This document shows, piece by piece, positions 50,623 through 59,853 of a stretch of 64,000 nucleotides of DNA. Each line of letters begins with the position of its first letter. Position 1 is the first letter of the stretch. The notes under the pieces were generated by a model. That model was given only the letters and a program-made list of their open reading frames with translations, searched no databases and was not told the origin of the DNA. The DNA is from an uncultured Gammaproteobacteria bacterium (lineage in GTDB: Bacteria > Patescibacteriota > Microgenomatia > Levybacterales > GWA1-39-11), in assembly GCA_964425075.1 (NCBI GenBank), contig CAYRKM010000002.1:64058-128057 (forward strand), in the 5' to 3' direction. The translations under genes and the position numbers were made by a program.

Positions 50623-51083
50623 TGGCAGTTCTTGCAACACTTTGTTATCTTCAACAAAACGGTAAGACGTTAATGATATTTCCAACTGGTAAAAAAGATT
50701 CCCATTATAATGAAAAGTGGAATGGAGTAGGGGGGAAATTTAAGAGTGGTGAAACCCCTGAAGAATGCGCAATTCGCGAAATAAAAGAGGAAACAAGCCT
50801 TGCTGCAAAAAATCCCCAATTAGCAGGCATTCTTACTTTTCCTAAAATGACAGGAGGAGAAGATTGGTATGTCTTTGTATTTGTAATAAAAGAATTTTCT
50901 GGCAAACTAAAAGCATCAAAGGAAGGAAAACTTCAGTGGTTTGCGAACGAAGAAATTTTAAAACTTAATTTATGGGAGGGGGATTATATTTTCCTTCCAT
51001 GGTTATTTGCAGGTAAATTCTTCTTAGGGGAGTTTGTTTATGACGACGGCAAACTAAAAAACCATTCAGTTACCTTTTATTAG
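50622..51083 (+). CDS. Nudix hydrolase (MutT-like)
   Basis: Nudix box GGKFKSGETPEECAIREIKEETS. The ATG overlaps the pheT TGA by 1 nt (TGATG). Confidence 0.8.
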   Translation: MAVLATLCYLQQNGKTLMIFPTGKKDSHYNEKWNGVGGKFKSGETPEECAIREIKEETSLAAKNPQLAGILTFPKMTGGEDWYVFVFVIKEFSGKLKASKEGKLQWFANEEILKLNLWEGDYIFLPWLFAGKFFLGEFVYDDGKLKNHSVTFY

Positions 51084-51099
51084 TTCGGGAAACAATCTA

Positions 51100-51348
51100 T
51101 TATTCCCCCAAAGCAAGTTTTTCTAAGCCCTCCTTTAATTGTTCGGGAGTCACCTGAAATTCATCACTAATAGTTCCGTTAACTTTATCCATAAACGACT
51201 CGTAATGTTGTCTTCTTTCCTCCAACGGAAAACTATCCATTTCTATTGGATCGGGACCTTCAAAAGTTCTGAGATAAAAAGTGTATTCTGTGTGTCCATT
51301 AAGCATTACGCTTGCTGCCACAATATTTTCTCTGTCAGGAGGCTTCAT
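51100..51348 (-). CDS. hypothetical small protein
   Basis: 82-aa ORF, no family recognised. Confidence 0.45.
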   Translation of the reverse strand: MKPPDRENIVAASVMLNGHTEYTFYLRTFEGPDPIEMDSFPLEERRQHYESFMDKVNGTISDEFQVTPEQLKEGLEKLALGE

Positions 51349-51363
51349 GTGATATACAAGACC

Positions 51364-51489
51364 TTATCCTATCTCACTGCTCACCCACCAAGAAGGTGTA
51401 TCTCCATCGTTATTAAGTGCAAGAGCATTAGCAACATCACTCCCAACAATTCCTAATGGTCCGAATATTATTCCTCGCTCATGTTGCAT
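51364..51489 (-). CDS. 41-aa candidate leaderless micro-ORF (not in ORF track)
   Basis: MQHERGIIFGPLGIVGSDVANALALNNDGDTPSWWVSSEIG. TGATATAAT on the minus strand (hexamer 51501-51496) ends 6 nt before the ATG. It lies 15 nt upstream of the 82-aa ORF. Confidence 0.3.
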   Translation of the reverse strand: MQHERGIIFGPLGIVGSDVANALALNNDGDTPSWWVSSEIG

Positions 51490-51545
51490 AGCGGCATTAT
51501 ATCAAACTCAGTGAGAGAAAGATGAAACTTTTTTATATGACGAAT

Positions 51546-53831
51546 TTACTGTTTGTAGTCTGATTTTTCTGTAATTCTCCTATATTTATCATCATCTTTA
51601 TAGTGCTCTGCTACCCACGCATCGATTGCCTCTTGCCAACGATTTTTTCCATCTGTTGAAACTGGATCGCTTTCTTCAAAATTTATGACGTCTTTTGTGT
51701 CATAATCATTTCGCGACACCTCGTCGTCTGATGCTAATTTACCTCCGTCGTGCTTTGACATTTTTAACGTTTTGTATATTGCAGCCTTTGTTGTAGGCTC
51801 TGTTCCTTTTACAAAATACTCAGTTCTTCGCGCCTGACCGTCAACAGGAAGTCCCCCACCAAGAGAATCAATCTCCATTGCAATTACATTTGATGGAACC
51901 TTAAATTCTTCATTCTTTTTACCCTTAAGGGCAGCCTGCATCACTCGATTCCATATAGGAGAAGCACCTGTTACACCCGAGGCAATGCGAGGGTCGAGTG
52001 GGGTATTGTCGTTGTTACCCACCCAAACTCCAACCACATATGATGGGGTGTATCCAACCGTCCAGTTATCCCTCTTTTGATCAGTAGTACCTGTCTTTAC
52101 AGCAACTGTCTTACCAGGAACGACAAGATAAGATCGGGTTCCAAATACATCCGCTCGTGCATTATTATCAAGAAGTATGTGGGAAATAATAAATGAAACC
52201 TCAGGGCTTAAAACTTGTTCTTCGCCTTCGTCTTTGTGCTTATATAATGTTTTTCCTTTTCTGTCTTTTACCTCAATAATCGAGAATGGTTCTTTTCTCT
52301 TGCCTTCCCTTGCAAAAACAGAATATGCAGACGTAATCTGAGTAAGGGACGCCTCGCGTCCTCCAAGAACAAGAGAAAGTCCCACGTTTTGCATATTTTT
52401 CGTTGTTGGCTCCCAATTTTCAATTCCCATTTCATACCCCTTTTGCATGACAGGTTTTATCCCAACTCGCGCAAGCATCTTAACAGCAGGCAAATTAAGA
52501 GAATTTCCTAATGCAAAACGTACCTGAACAGGACCGCGATACTTTCCATCGTAATTCACGGGTTTATAGGTCGGCTGTCCATCGATAGGAAATTCTGTAC
52601 CGACATCCATCAGGAGAGTAGAAGCTGTGTATCCCTTTTCAAGAGCTACAGCATATGTGATTGGCTTTAAAGAAGAACCCGGCTGTCTTAGAGCATTTGC
52701 TGCATTAAAATTTCCATCGTTATCAATATCAAAATAATCTTTACTTCCAACCATAGCCAAAATTCCACCACTTTTAACATCCTCCACAACTACTGCTGCA
52801 TTATTCACTTTGAAATTCTTGAACTTTTCAAACTCACTGGTGACTACCTCTTCTGCATCTGCCTGCAACTCATCATCAAGCGTTGTTGTAATACTAAGAT
52901 TACCATTCTCGACTAAATTCTCGTCGAACATGTTTACCAATTGCTGTCTTACGTACATTACGAAATGTGGTGCTTTAATACTTTCTGTTCTGCGCTCTTT
53001 AAATTGAAGTTTCTTAACTTCTTCAAGAGACTTTTCCTCCTGCTGCTTTGAAATGTATCCATCTTCCCGCATGCGTCTAAGTACTGCCTCAGTTCTTCCA
53101 ATATAAGCTTTGTCCTTGTTCTGATATGGTGAGTAATAAGATGGGAGCTGTGGAAGACCTGCTAGAAACGCGCTTTCGGCAAGAGTGAGTTCTTTTGCTT
53201 TTTTTGCAAAGTATAGGTTACTTGCAGCCTCAACGCCAACAGCTGTACCTCCATATGGAATATTATTCAAATACATTTCAAGAATTTCATCTTTTTTATA
53301 CCGGCTGTCTACCTGAATTGCGAGTATCAGTTCTTTAAGTTTTCTCGTGGCACTACGCTCAGGAGACAATAAAGCATTTTTCACTAACTGCTGAGTTATT
53401 GTTGAACCACCACTTGCGCGACCCTTAAATATGGGGTCTAACACCAAACCACGAATCGTTCCCGTAATGGAAAATCCTTGATTGGAGTAAAAATTTTTAT
53501 CTTCAATTGCGATTGTTGCATGCTTAAGATTATCGGGAATATCTTTAAGAGGAACATAAATCCTGTTGTAGTCTTTATAAAAAGAGTATAGAAGGTCTCC
53601 ATCCTTATCAAGAATTCTTGTTGAGTCCTTAATGTCTCCATTGGCAAGTTTTCCCGGCTCTGGAATATCGCGACTAACCCACAATATATAGAAAAAACCC
53701 AAAACAATAAACCCAATGAGTCCAAAAAAAGCAAATTTTGCAGCTCTATTTGCAAGAAAAGCTCTGTGTGAAGAAAGGAGTAGGCCTCGTTTTATAGCAT
53801 TGCGCTTCAGCCTACTACTATAATGTCGCAT
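51546..53831 (-). CDS. bifunctional class A penicillin-binding protein (glycosyltransferase GT51 plus transpeptidase)
   Basis: N-terminal TM. GT51 motifs EDKNFYSNQG and GGSTITQQLVKN. Transpeptidase motifs SSLKP (SxxK), SLN (SxN) and KTGTT. Confidence 0.9.
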   Translation of the reverse strand: MRHYSSRLKRNAIKRGLLLSSHRAFLANRAAKFAFFGLIGFIVLGFFYILWVSRDIPEPGKLANGDIKDSTRILDKDGDLLYSFYKDYNRIYVPLKDIPDNLKHATIAIEDKNFYSNQGFSITGTIRGLVLDPIFKGRASGGSTITQQLVKNALLSPERSATRKLKELILAIQVDSRYKKDEILEMYLNNIPYGGTAVGVEAASNLYFAKKAKELTLAESAFLAGLPQLPSYYSPYQNKDKAYIGRTEAVLRRMREDGYISKQQEEKSLEEVKKLQFKERRTESIKAPHFVMYVRQQLVNMFDENLVENGNLSITTTLDDELQADAEEVVTSEFEKFKNFKVNNAAVVVEDVKSGGILAMVGSKDYFDIDNDGNFNAANALRQPGSSLKPITYAVALEKGYTASTLLMDVGTEFPIDGQPTYKPVNYDGKYRGPVQVRFALGNSLNLPAVKMLARVGIKPVMQKGYEMGIENWEPTTKNMQNVGLSLVLGGREASLTQITSAYSVFAREGKRKEPFSIIEVKDRKGKTLYKHKDEGEEQVLSPEVSFIISHILLDNNARADVFGTRSYLVVPGKTVAVKTGTTDQKRDNWTVGYTPSYVVGVWVGNNDNTPLDPRIASGVTGASPIWNRVMQAALKGKKNEEFKVPSNVIAMEIDSLGGGLPVDGQARRTEYFVKGTEPTTKAAIYKTLKMSKHDGGKLASDDEVSRNDYDTKDVINFEESDPVSTDGKNRWQEAIDAWVAEHYKDDDKYRRITEKSDYKQ

Positions 53832-54036
53832 AAGATATATTATAGCAGTTTTCGCTTTGAGGGCGAAAACTGATACAAGCTGTGCTTAAAGCAGTTTTCG
53901 CTTTGCGCAGATTTCAATAAAAATTATTTCAGCGTTTTATTGTTGAAATAAGGTTCAAATTCAGCGTATAATGTAGTTATTATATAAACAAACCCATGAA
54001 TTTCATCTTGAAGAGTTTGCGAAATATAATTATCAC

Positions 54037-55215
54037 ATGAATGAGATCACTGAATTATTGACACGAGGTGTTGCAAACATAATCCCATCCAAAGAGAAGC
54101 TAGAAGAACTTCTTAAATCTGGGAAAAAGCTTAATATTTATATGGGTATTGACCCGACTGCAGTAAATATCCATCTTGGACATGCTGTAACGCTTCGCAA
54201 ACTGCAAAAGTTTGCAGATCTTGGCCACAATGTAACATTTCTAGTTGGGGACTTTACAGCAAGAATTGGAGATACTTCTGATAAAGAAACTGAACGTCCA
54301 CAATTAACTACAGAGGAGATAGCGCAAAATCTTGCAACTTATAAAGAGCAGGCATCTAAAATCCTGGACTTTTCAAAAGTTACGGTTAAATTCAATAGTG
54401 AATGGTTACAAGAATTGAAGTTTGGTGAAGTTTTAAAACTCGTCAAGCATTTCACATTAAATGATTTTATTTCTCGAGAACTTATTAAAAAGCGCTTAAC
54501 TGAAGGCAAAAGCGTAGGGCTTTTGGAAACAATGTATCCCTTAATGCAAGGCTATGACAGTTATATGCTTGATACTGATATACAACTTGGTGGAACTGAT
54601 CAGACATTTAACATGCAGGCGGGGAGAACTTTAATAAAAAACTTAAAAGGGAAAGAATCCTTTATTATCACTAATGAATTTTTATCGGGAACTGATGGGC
54701 GAAAGATGAGTAAAACATGGGGAAATGCAATTTGGCTTACGGATACCGCTTCTGATATGTATGGAAAAGTGATGTCCTTAAAGGATGAATTAATTATTGA
54801 GTATTTTACCCTTGCGACGAATGTATTACTTGATGAAATAAAGGAGATTGGGAACAGAGTAAAAACTGCTCCAATGGAGGAAAAGAAGAAATTAGCATAT
54901 ATTATTGTGTCCCAGTTTTATGGAGAGAAAACTGCTGATAAAGCACAGGAAGAATTTGAAAAAGTAGTACAGCACAAGGAAACGCCTGAAGATATTGAAA
55001 GTCTAGAGTTTAAAGAAAATCAACCTCTTTCAAAGTTTATTATAGAAAGTGGTCATGTCTCGTCAATATCTGAATGGAAGCGCCTCATAGAGCAGCATGG
55101 TGTAGAATATAACGACGAAAAGATCGATAATCCTTTTATAAATACTAATGAACTTGAAAATGAAGGCATTTTAAAAATAGGCAAAAGAACATTTTTAAAA
55201 TTAAAGAAAGGATAA
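54037..55215 (+). CDS. tyrS: tyrosyl-tRNA synthetase
   Basis: HIGH-type HLGH, KMSKT, and a C-terminal S4-like domain. TATAAT (54025-54030) ends 6 nt before the ATG. Confidence 0.9.
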   Translation: MNEITELLTRGVANIIPSKEKLEELLKSGKKLNIYMGIDPTAVNIHLGHAVTLRKLQKFADLGHNVTFLVGDFTARIGDTSDKETERPQLTTEEIAQNLATYKEQASKILDFSKVTVKFNSEWLQELKFGEVLKLVKHFTLNDFISRELIKKRLTEGKSVGLLETMYPLMQGYDSYMLDTDIQLGGTDQTFNMQAGRTLIKNLKGKESFIITNEFLSGTDGRKMSKTWGNAIWLTDTASDMYGKVMSLKDELIIEYFTLATNVLLDEIKEIGNRVKTAPMEEKKKLAYIIVSQFYGEKTADKAQEEFEKVVQHKETPEDIESLEFKENQPLSKFIIESGHVSSISEWKRLIEQHGVEYNDEKIDNPFINTNELENEGILKIGKRTFLKLKKG

Positions 55216-55221
55216 ACTAAC

Positions 55222-55329
55222 TTGGATTTTATTCGCAAAAATAAATGGATTTGGAGGATACTTATCATTATTGTGGTTATCTCCATGATAACAACTGCAG
55301 TACTTCCATACTTACTAGGACTTTACTAA
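55222..55329 (+). CDS. 35-aa candidate single-TM micro-ORF (not in ORF track)
   Basis: TTG-initiated LDFIRKNKWIWRILIIIVVISMITTAVLPYLLGLY between tyrS and recG. The only support is the hydrophobic helix and its tight fit in the intergenic gap. Confidence 0.25.
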   Translation: MDFIRKNKWIWRILIIIVVISMITTAVLPYLLGLY

Positions 55330-55339
55330 GTATTTTTCA

Positions 55340-57370
55340 ATGGCACAACTTTCAACTCCCATCAAAGAGGCGGGCTTTGTTTATAGGGTGAAAAGTGCAC
55401 CCCTTGCGCGTCTTGGCATATTAACGCTTAATGACCTTCTGTCCCATATTCCCTTTCGATATGAGGATTATTCCAAAAGCTCTAAAATATCTGACCTTCC
55501 CATTGGAGAACTTACAACGATAAAAGCTACTGTAATCGATATAAAAAACGAGTACACAAGAAGAAAATTTGTCCTTCAAAAAGCCCATGTTAAAGATGAG
55601 ACGGGAGAAATTGAGTGCTTGTGGTTCAATCAAAGTTATATCACAAGAGTTATACACCCAGGAGATGTAGTCGGTCTTGTTGGGAAACTTGAACCCTCAG
55701 GCAGAAGGTATACTTTTCAAGTAAAAGACTATGAAGTCCTTTCTGGAAAAGAGGCGCTACATACATCTGGACTTGTACCAGTATATAGTGAAACTTACGG
55801 TATCTCATCAAAATGGATAAGGAGCAGAATATATGAAGTGTTAAATGAAAATAAAGATGATCTTGAGGACTTCATACCACCTGATACCATAAAAAGACTT
55901 TCACTTCCGACTCTTAAAGAAGCTCTTTCAACAGTTCACTTCCCAAATTCTATTGAAAATGCTATCTCTGCAAGAAAAAGAATTTCTTTTGACGAGCTTC
56001 TTCTTGCACATTTAAGCGCACTTGTTAGGCGAGATGAGTGGAAACAAAAGAAAAACGGAATACCAATGATTGTTGATAAATACGAAAAAGAGCTTTCAGA
56101 ATTTATAACCTCCCTTCCATTCACATTAACTAATGCTCAAAAAAAAGCCGTTGAAGACTTAAAAAAAGACCTTCAGAAGGATACCCCCATGAATAGACTT
56201 TTGGAGGGAGATGTCGGAAGCGGAAAAACGGTAATTGCTGCAATTGGCATGTATATAGCGTACCTTAATGGCTATCAATCTGTATTAATGGCACCAACTG
56301 AAATACTTGCACAGCAACATTTTGCTTCAATTTCAGCTTTGTTTTCAAAACACAATATGGAAATTGCACTTTTCACTTCAAGTAAAAAAACACATGAGAA
56401 TAATTACTACAATATTGCAATTGGCACTCACGCACTTCTCCAAAAAAGAGTAGCCCCCGAAAAATTGGGATTTGTTGTAATTGATGAACAGCAACGATTT
56501 GGTGTAGAACAACGTGCAATTTTGCGCGATAAGGGAAGTAACCCACACTTCCTTACAATGACTGCTACTCCTATTCCAAGAACGGTTCTTTTAGCAGTTT
56601 ATAAGGATCTTGACGTATCAGTTCTTGATGAGATGCCAAAGGGAAGAAGAACAATCAAGACATGGCTGGTTCCGCCACAAAAAAGAGAAGCTGCCTATGC
56701 GTGGGTCAAAAAACAGATTGAGGAAAGCAAATTTACAAATCAAGCATTTATTGTTTGCCCATTTATTGAAGAGTCTGAAAGCCTAACAACTGTAAAAGCT
56801 GCAAAAAGTGAGTTTGAAAGACTACAAAAAGAGGAATTTAGGGGTTTATCTTTGGGACTATTGCACGGAAAATTAAAACCAAAAGAAAAAGAAGAGGTGC
56901 TTAAAAAGTTTAGAGAAAAGGAATTTCAAATTTTAGTATCCACTCCTGTAGTTGAAGTTGGGATAGATATTCCTGATGCAACAATAATGGTGATTGAAGC
57001 TTCAGATAGATTTGGGCTTGCACAACTTCATCAATTACGTGGAAGGGTTGGAAGAAGCGAAAAAGAATCATACTGTCTCCTTTTTACTGAATCCCAAAGC
57101 GAAATTACCATAAAACGTCTTAAATATATGGAAGAGGCGCACACCGGTTTTGAATTGGCTGAATTTGACCTAAAATTACGAGGTGGAGGAGATATTTTTG
57201 GAAGAATGCAACATGGTGTTGTTGGCCTTAAAACAGCCGATTTTTCTGACTTTGAACTAGTAGATAAGGCAAAAAAAGAGGCGGAGATTATATTTCCCAA
57301 ACTATCAGCCTACAAAGAGTTGCGCGCGAGGGTAAAATCTACTATAATAGCAAGCATTACACCGGACTAA
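55340..57370 (+). CDS. recG: ATP-dependent DNA helicase RecG
   Basis: N-terminal wedge/OB region, GDVGSGKT, VIDEQQRFGV, TATPIPRT, QLRGRVGRS. Confidence 0.9.
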   Translation: MAQLSTPIKEAGFVYRVKSAPLARLGILTLNDLLSHIPFRYEDYSKSSKISDLPIGELTTIKATVIDIKNEYTRRKFVLQKAHVKDETGEIECLWFNQSYITRVIHPGDVVGLVGKLEPSGRRYTFQVKDYEVLSGKEALHTSGLVPVYSETYGISSKWIRSRIYEVLNENKDDLEDFIPPDTIKRLSLPTLKEALSTVHFPNSIENAISARKRISFDELLLAHLSALVRRDEWKQKKNGIPMIVDKYEKELSEFITSLPFTLTNAQKKAVEDLKKDLQKDTPMNRLLEGDVGSGKTVIAAIGMYIAYLNGYQSVLMAPTEILAQQHFASISALFSKHNMEIALFTSSKKTHENNYYNIAIGTHALLQKRVAPEKLGFVVIDEQQRFGVEQRAILRDKGSNPHFLTMTATPIPRTVLLAVYKDLDVSVLDEMPKGRRTIKTWLVPPQKREAAYAWVKKQIEESKFTNQAFIVCPFIEESESLTTVKAAKSEFERLQKEEFRGLSLGLLHGKLKPKEKEEVLKKFREKEFQILVSTPVVEVGIDIPDATIMVIEASDRFGLAQLHQLRGRVGRSEKESYCLLFTESQSEITIKRLKYMEEAHTGFELAEFDLKLRGGGDIFGRMQHGVVGLKTADFSDFELVDKAKKEAEIIFPKLSAYKELRARVKSTIIASITPD

Positions 57371-57392
57371 GTGTCCTGTGTTTTTTGATGTT

Positions 57393-57563
57393 ATGCCACA
57401 AGAACCAAAAAGAAGACATTCAAAACAGAGAAAGGGAAAGAGGCGCTCCTCAATCTCTTTAGCTGGAATTTCTACCTCAGTTTGTAGTAACTGTGGTTCA
57501 GTAGTTGTTCCACACACAATTTGTAAAGCATGCGGATTTTATAAAGGAAGAAAAACCATTTAA
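57393..57563 (+). CDS. rpmF: ribosomal protein L32
   Basis: MPQEPKRRHSKQRKGKRR and a CxxC...CxxC zinc ribbon. I use the ATG at 57393. Confidence 0.85.
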   Translation: MPQEPKRRHSKQRKGKRRSSISLAGISTSVCSNCGSVVVPHTICKACGFYKGRKTI

Positions 57564-57596
57564 CCTTCTTTTTTAAAAAGCGTGTCATAAACAAAT

Positions 57597-57959
57597 ATGA
57601 AAACCGCTTTTGACCCCCGGCACAAAAAAAGACAAGAGATTGTAAAACTTCTTTTTTCATTTAGTTTCCATGATCAAAACATACAAGATTCCAAAGCCAG
57701 AGAAATTATTGCCAACATCTCCAAAATCGACAAAAAAATAGAGGAGGTTGCACCAGAATTTCCAATTGATAAAATAAATAAAGTAGATCTTGCTATACTT
57801 AGACTTGCTATTTTTGAATTAGAAAATGAGAAAAAAGAACCTCCGAAAGTCGTAGTGGATGAAGCAATTGAACTTGCTAAAGAATTTGGAGGAGATACAT
57901 CCCCAGCATTTATTAATGGGGCCTTGGGAAAAGTAATTTTAAAAGTAAATAAAATTTAA
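57597..57959 (+). CDS. nusB: transcription antitermination factor NusB
   Basis: 120 aa. RHKKRQEIVKLLF, DLAILRLAIFEL and VVDEAIELAKEFG follow the NusB pattern. Confidence 0.8.
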   Translation: MKTAFDPRHKKRQEIVKLLFSFSFHDQNIQDSKAREIIANISKIDKKIEEVAPEFPIDKINKVDLAILRLAIFELENEKKEPPKVVVDEAIELAKEFGGDTSPAFINGALGKVILKVNKI

Positions 57960-57964
57960 TAAAA

Positions 57965-58630
57965 ATGCAGCTACCAACATTTAACGATTTGGCAATTAGA
58001 CAACTAGCTTTTACGCATCGTTCCTATCTAAACGAGAACAAAAATGCAACTCAATCCAACGAACGATTGGAATTTTTGGGCGATAGCATCCTTTCTTTTA
58101 TAGTCTCTTCGAACATTTACAAAACGTACACCAATCTTCCGGAGGGAGAATTAACCAGTCTTCGCTCGGTTCTCACAAACACTCAAACATTATATGAGGT
58201 TGCGAAATCACTAAATCTTGGTCAAGAACTTCTTATGTCAAAAGGGGAAGAAGAGGGTGGAGGACGAAGCAGCAAAACAATTTTGGCAAACACATACGAG
58301 GCGGTAGTTGGTGGGATTTACTTGGACCAAGGGCTTGAAGCAGCGACCACTTTTGTAACCAATACAATCCTTGATAATGCAGATAAGTTTGTTGACTCCC
58401 AAGGCCTAAAGGACCCCAAAAGCAAACTACAAGAATATATGCAAGAAAAATTTAAAACATCCCCTGATTATGAAATTCTCGAGGAAACTGGCCCAGATCA
58501 CAATAAAATATATACTTCGGGTGTTATGTATAATGGAGAACTTGTTGCAAAAGGCTCAGGACATTCAAAACAAGAAGCCGAAAAAGACGCTGCACAAAGG
58601 GCACTTGAGACTTTGACATCTTCTGCTTGA
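57965..58630 (+). CDS. rnc: ribonuclease III
   Basis: Signature ERLEFLGDS, plus a C-terminal dsRBD (DPKSKLQEY...GSGHSKQEAEKDAA). Confidence 0.9.
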   Translation: MQLPTFNDLAIRQLAFTHRSYLNENKNATQSNERLEFLGDSILSFIVSSNIYKTYTNLPEGELTSLRSVLTNTQTLYEVAKSLNLGQELLMSKGEEEGGGRSSKTILANTYEAVVGGIYLDQGLEAATTFVTNTILDNADKFVDSQGLKDPKSKLQEYMQEKFKTSPDYEILEETGPDHNKIYTSGVMYNGELVAKGSGHSKQEAEKDAAQRALETLTSSA

Positions 58631-58662
58631 TATTAAGCCTCAAAACTAGTAAAATATACCTT

Positions 58663-58932
58663 ATGCTAATTATAAGATTTACAAGAACTGGAAGAAAGGG
58701 TGAAAGAAAATTTCGTCTGGTTGTAAAAGAGAAGCGCAGCAAGCGTGACGGCAAACCAGTGGATACGCTTGGTTTTTATGAAAAAACTGCAGTTTCTGAA
58801 GTTAAAAATTTTGATAATGATAAAATCAAGTACTGGCTTTCAAAGGGAGCTCGGCTTACACCTTCAGTAAAGGATATTTTAGATGGAAAGAAAAAAGAAA
58901 AAAAACTTCCAAAAGTAAAAAATTCCAACTAA
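58663..58932 (+). CDS. rpsP: ribosomal protein S16
   Basis: MLIIRFTRTGRKGERKFRLVV is a canonical S16 N-terminus. I use the ATG at 58663. Confidence 0.9.
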   Translation: MLIIRFTRTGRKGERKFRLVVKEKRSKRDGKPVDTLGFYEKTAVSEVKNFDNDKIKYWLSKGARLTPSVKDILDGKKKEKKLPKVKNSN

Positions 58933-58933
58933 C

Positions 58934-59170
58934 ATGAAAGAACTTCTCGAGTATATTTTAGATTCTCTTTTTGCAAATCCAGCAATAACCGTAACTGAGG
59001 AGGTTGAAGACGAATATATTAACCTTATCATTAATGCACCTCAGGATGAAATTGGGAGAATAATCGGTAAAAAGGGCAAAGTTATTAATGCAATAAAACA
59101 GCTTATAAAAATTCAGGCAATTAAGGATAATAAAAGAGTAGAAATTCAGGTTTCTGAAACCGAATCTTAA
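58934..59170 (+). CDS. KH-domain RNA-binding protein (YlqC/UPF0109)
   Basis: GRIIGKKGKVINAI is a GxxG KH motif. The position between rpsP and trmD is the conserved one. Confidence 0.8.
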   Translation: MKELLEYILDSLFANPAITVTEEVEDEYINLIINAPQDEIGRIIGKKGKVINAIKQLIKIQAIKDNKRVEIQVSETES

Positions 59171-59853
59171 TGCTTATTTCTATAATCACTCTTTTTCCTG
59201 AGATATTTCCCCAAATCTTAGGACATTCAATTCTCAAACGAGCCGAGGAAAAAGGCTTGGTAAAATTCAATCTAGTTAATCATAGAGAGTTCGGTATTGG
59301 AAAACACAAAGTCGTTGATGATAGACCATATGGTGGAGGCGCTGGAATGGTCCTAAGAGTAGACGTATTGGAAAAGGCTATTTTGTCAACAAAAAAAGGG
59401 CTTAAAGACGAAATAGTAATTTTACTTGATCCAAAAGGAATTCCTTACACACAACAAGTCGCAGAAAATCTCTCAAAATATGCGCATATAATACTTGTTT
59501 GTGGACATTACGAAGGGTTTGATGAGAGAATAAGAAATCTTGTAGACCTGGAAATCTCTATTGGAGACTACGTATTAACCGGAGGAGAGATTCCTGCCAT
59601 GACGATAGTTGATAGCGTAACTAGACTTGTTCCTGGGGTTTTGAAAGACGAGACAGCTACTCAATTTGAGTCACATTCAAAAAGTGGTGACAAACGGATT
59701 CTGGAAGGTCCTCATTATACTCGCCCCGAAGAATACAACGGACAAAAAGTTCCTGAAATTCTATTGTCTGGGGATCCAAAAAAAGTACAAAAATTCAGGG
59801 CGGAGGAGGCAAGAAAAATTACAAAAAGTAGACGCCCCGAACTCCTGGACTAG
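59170..59853 (+). CDS. trmD: tRNA (guanine37-N1)-methyltransferase
   Basis: ITLFPEIF, DDRPYGGGAGMV, CGHYEGFDER, GDYVLTGGE. Confidence 0.9.
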   Translation: MLISIITLFPEIFPQILGHSILKRAEEKGLVKFNLVNHREFGIGKHKVVDDRPYGGGAGMVLRVDVLEKAILSTKKGLKDEIVILLDPKGIPYTQQVAENLSKYAHIILVCGHYEGFDERIRNLVDLEISIGDYVLTGGEIPAMTIVDSVTRLVPGVLKDETATQFESHSKSGDKRILEGPHYTRPEEYNGQKVPEILLSGDPKKVQKFRAEEARKITKSRRPELLD

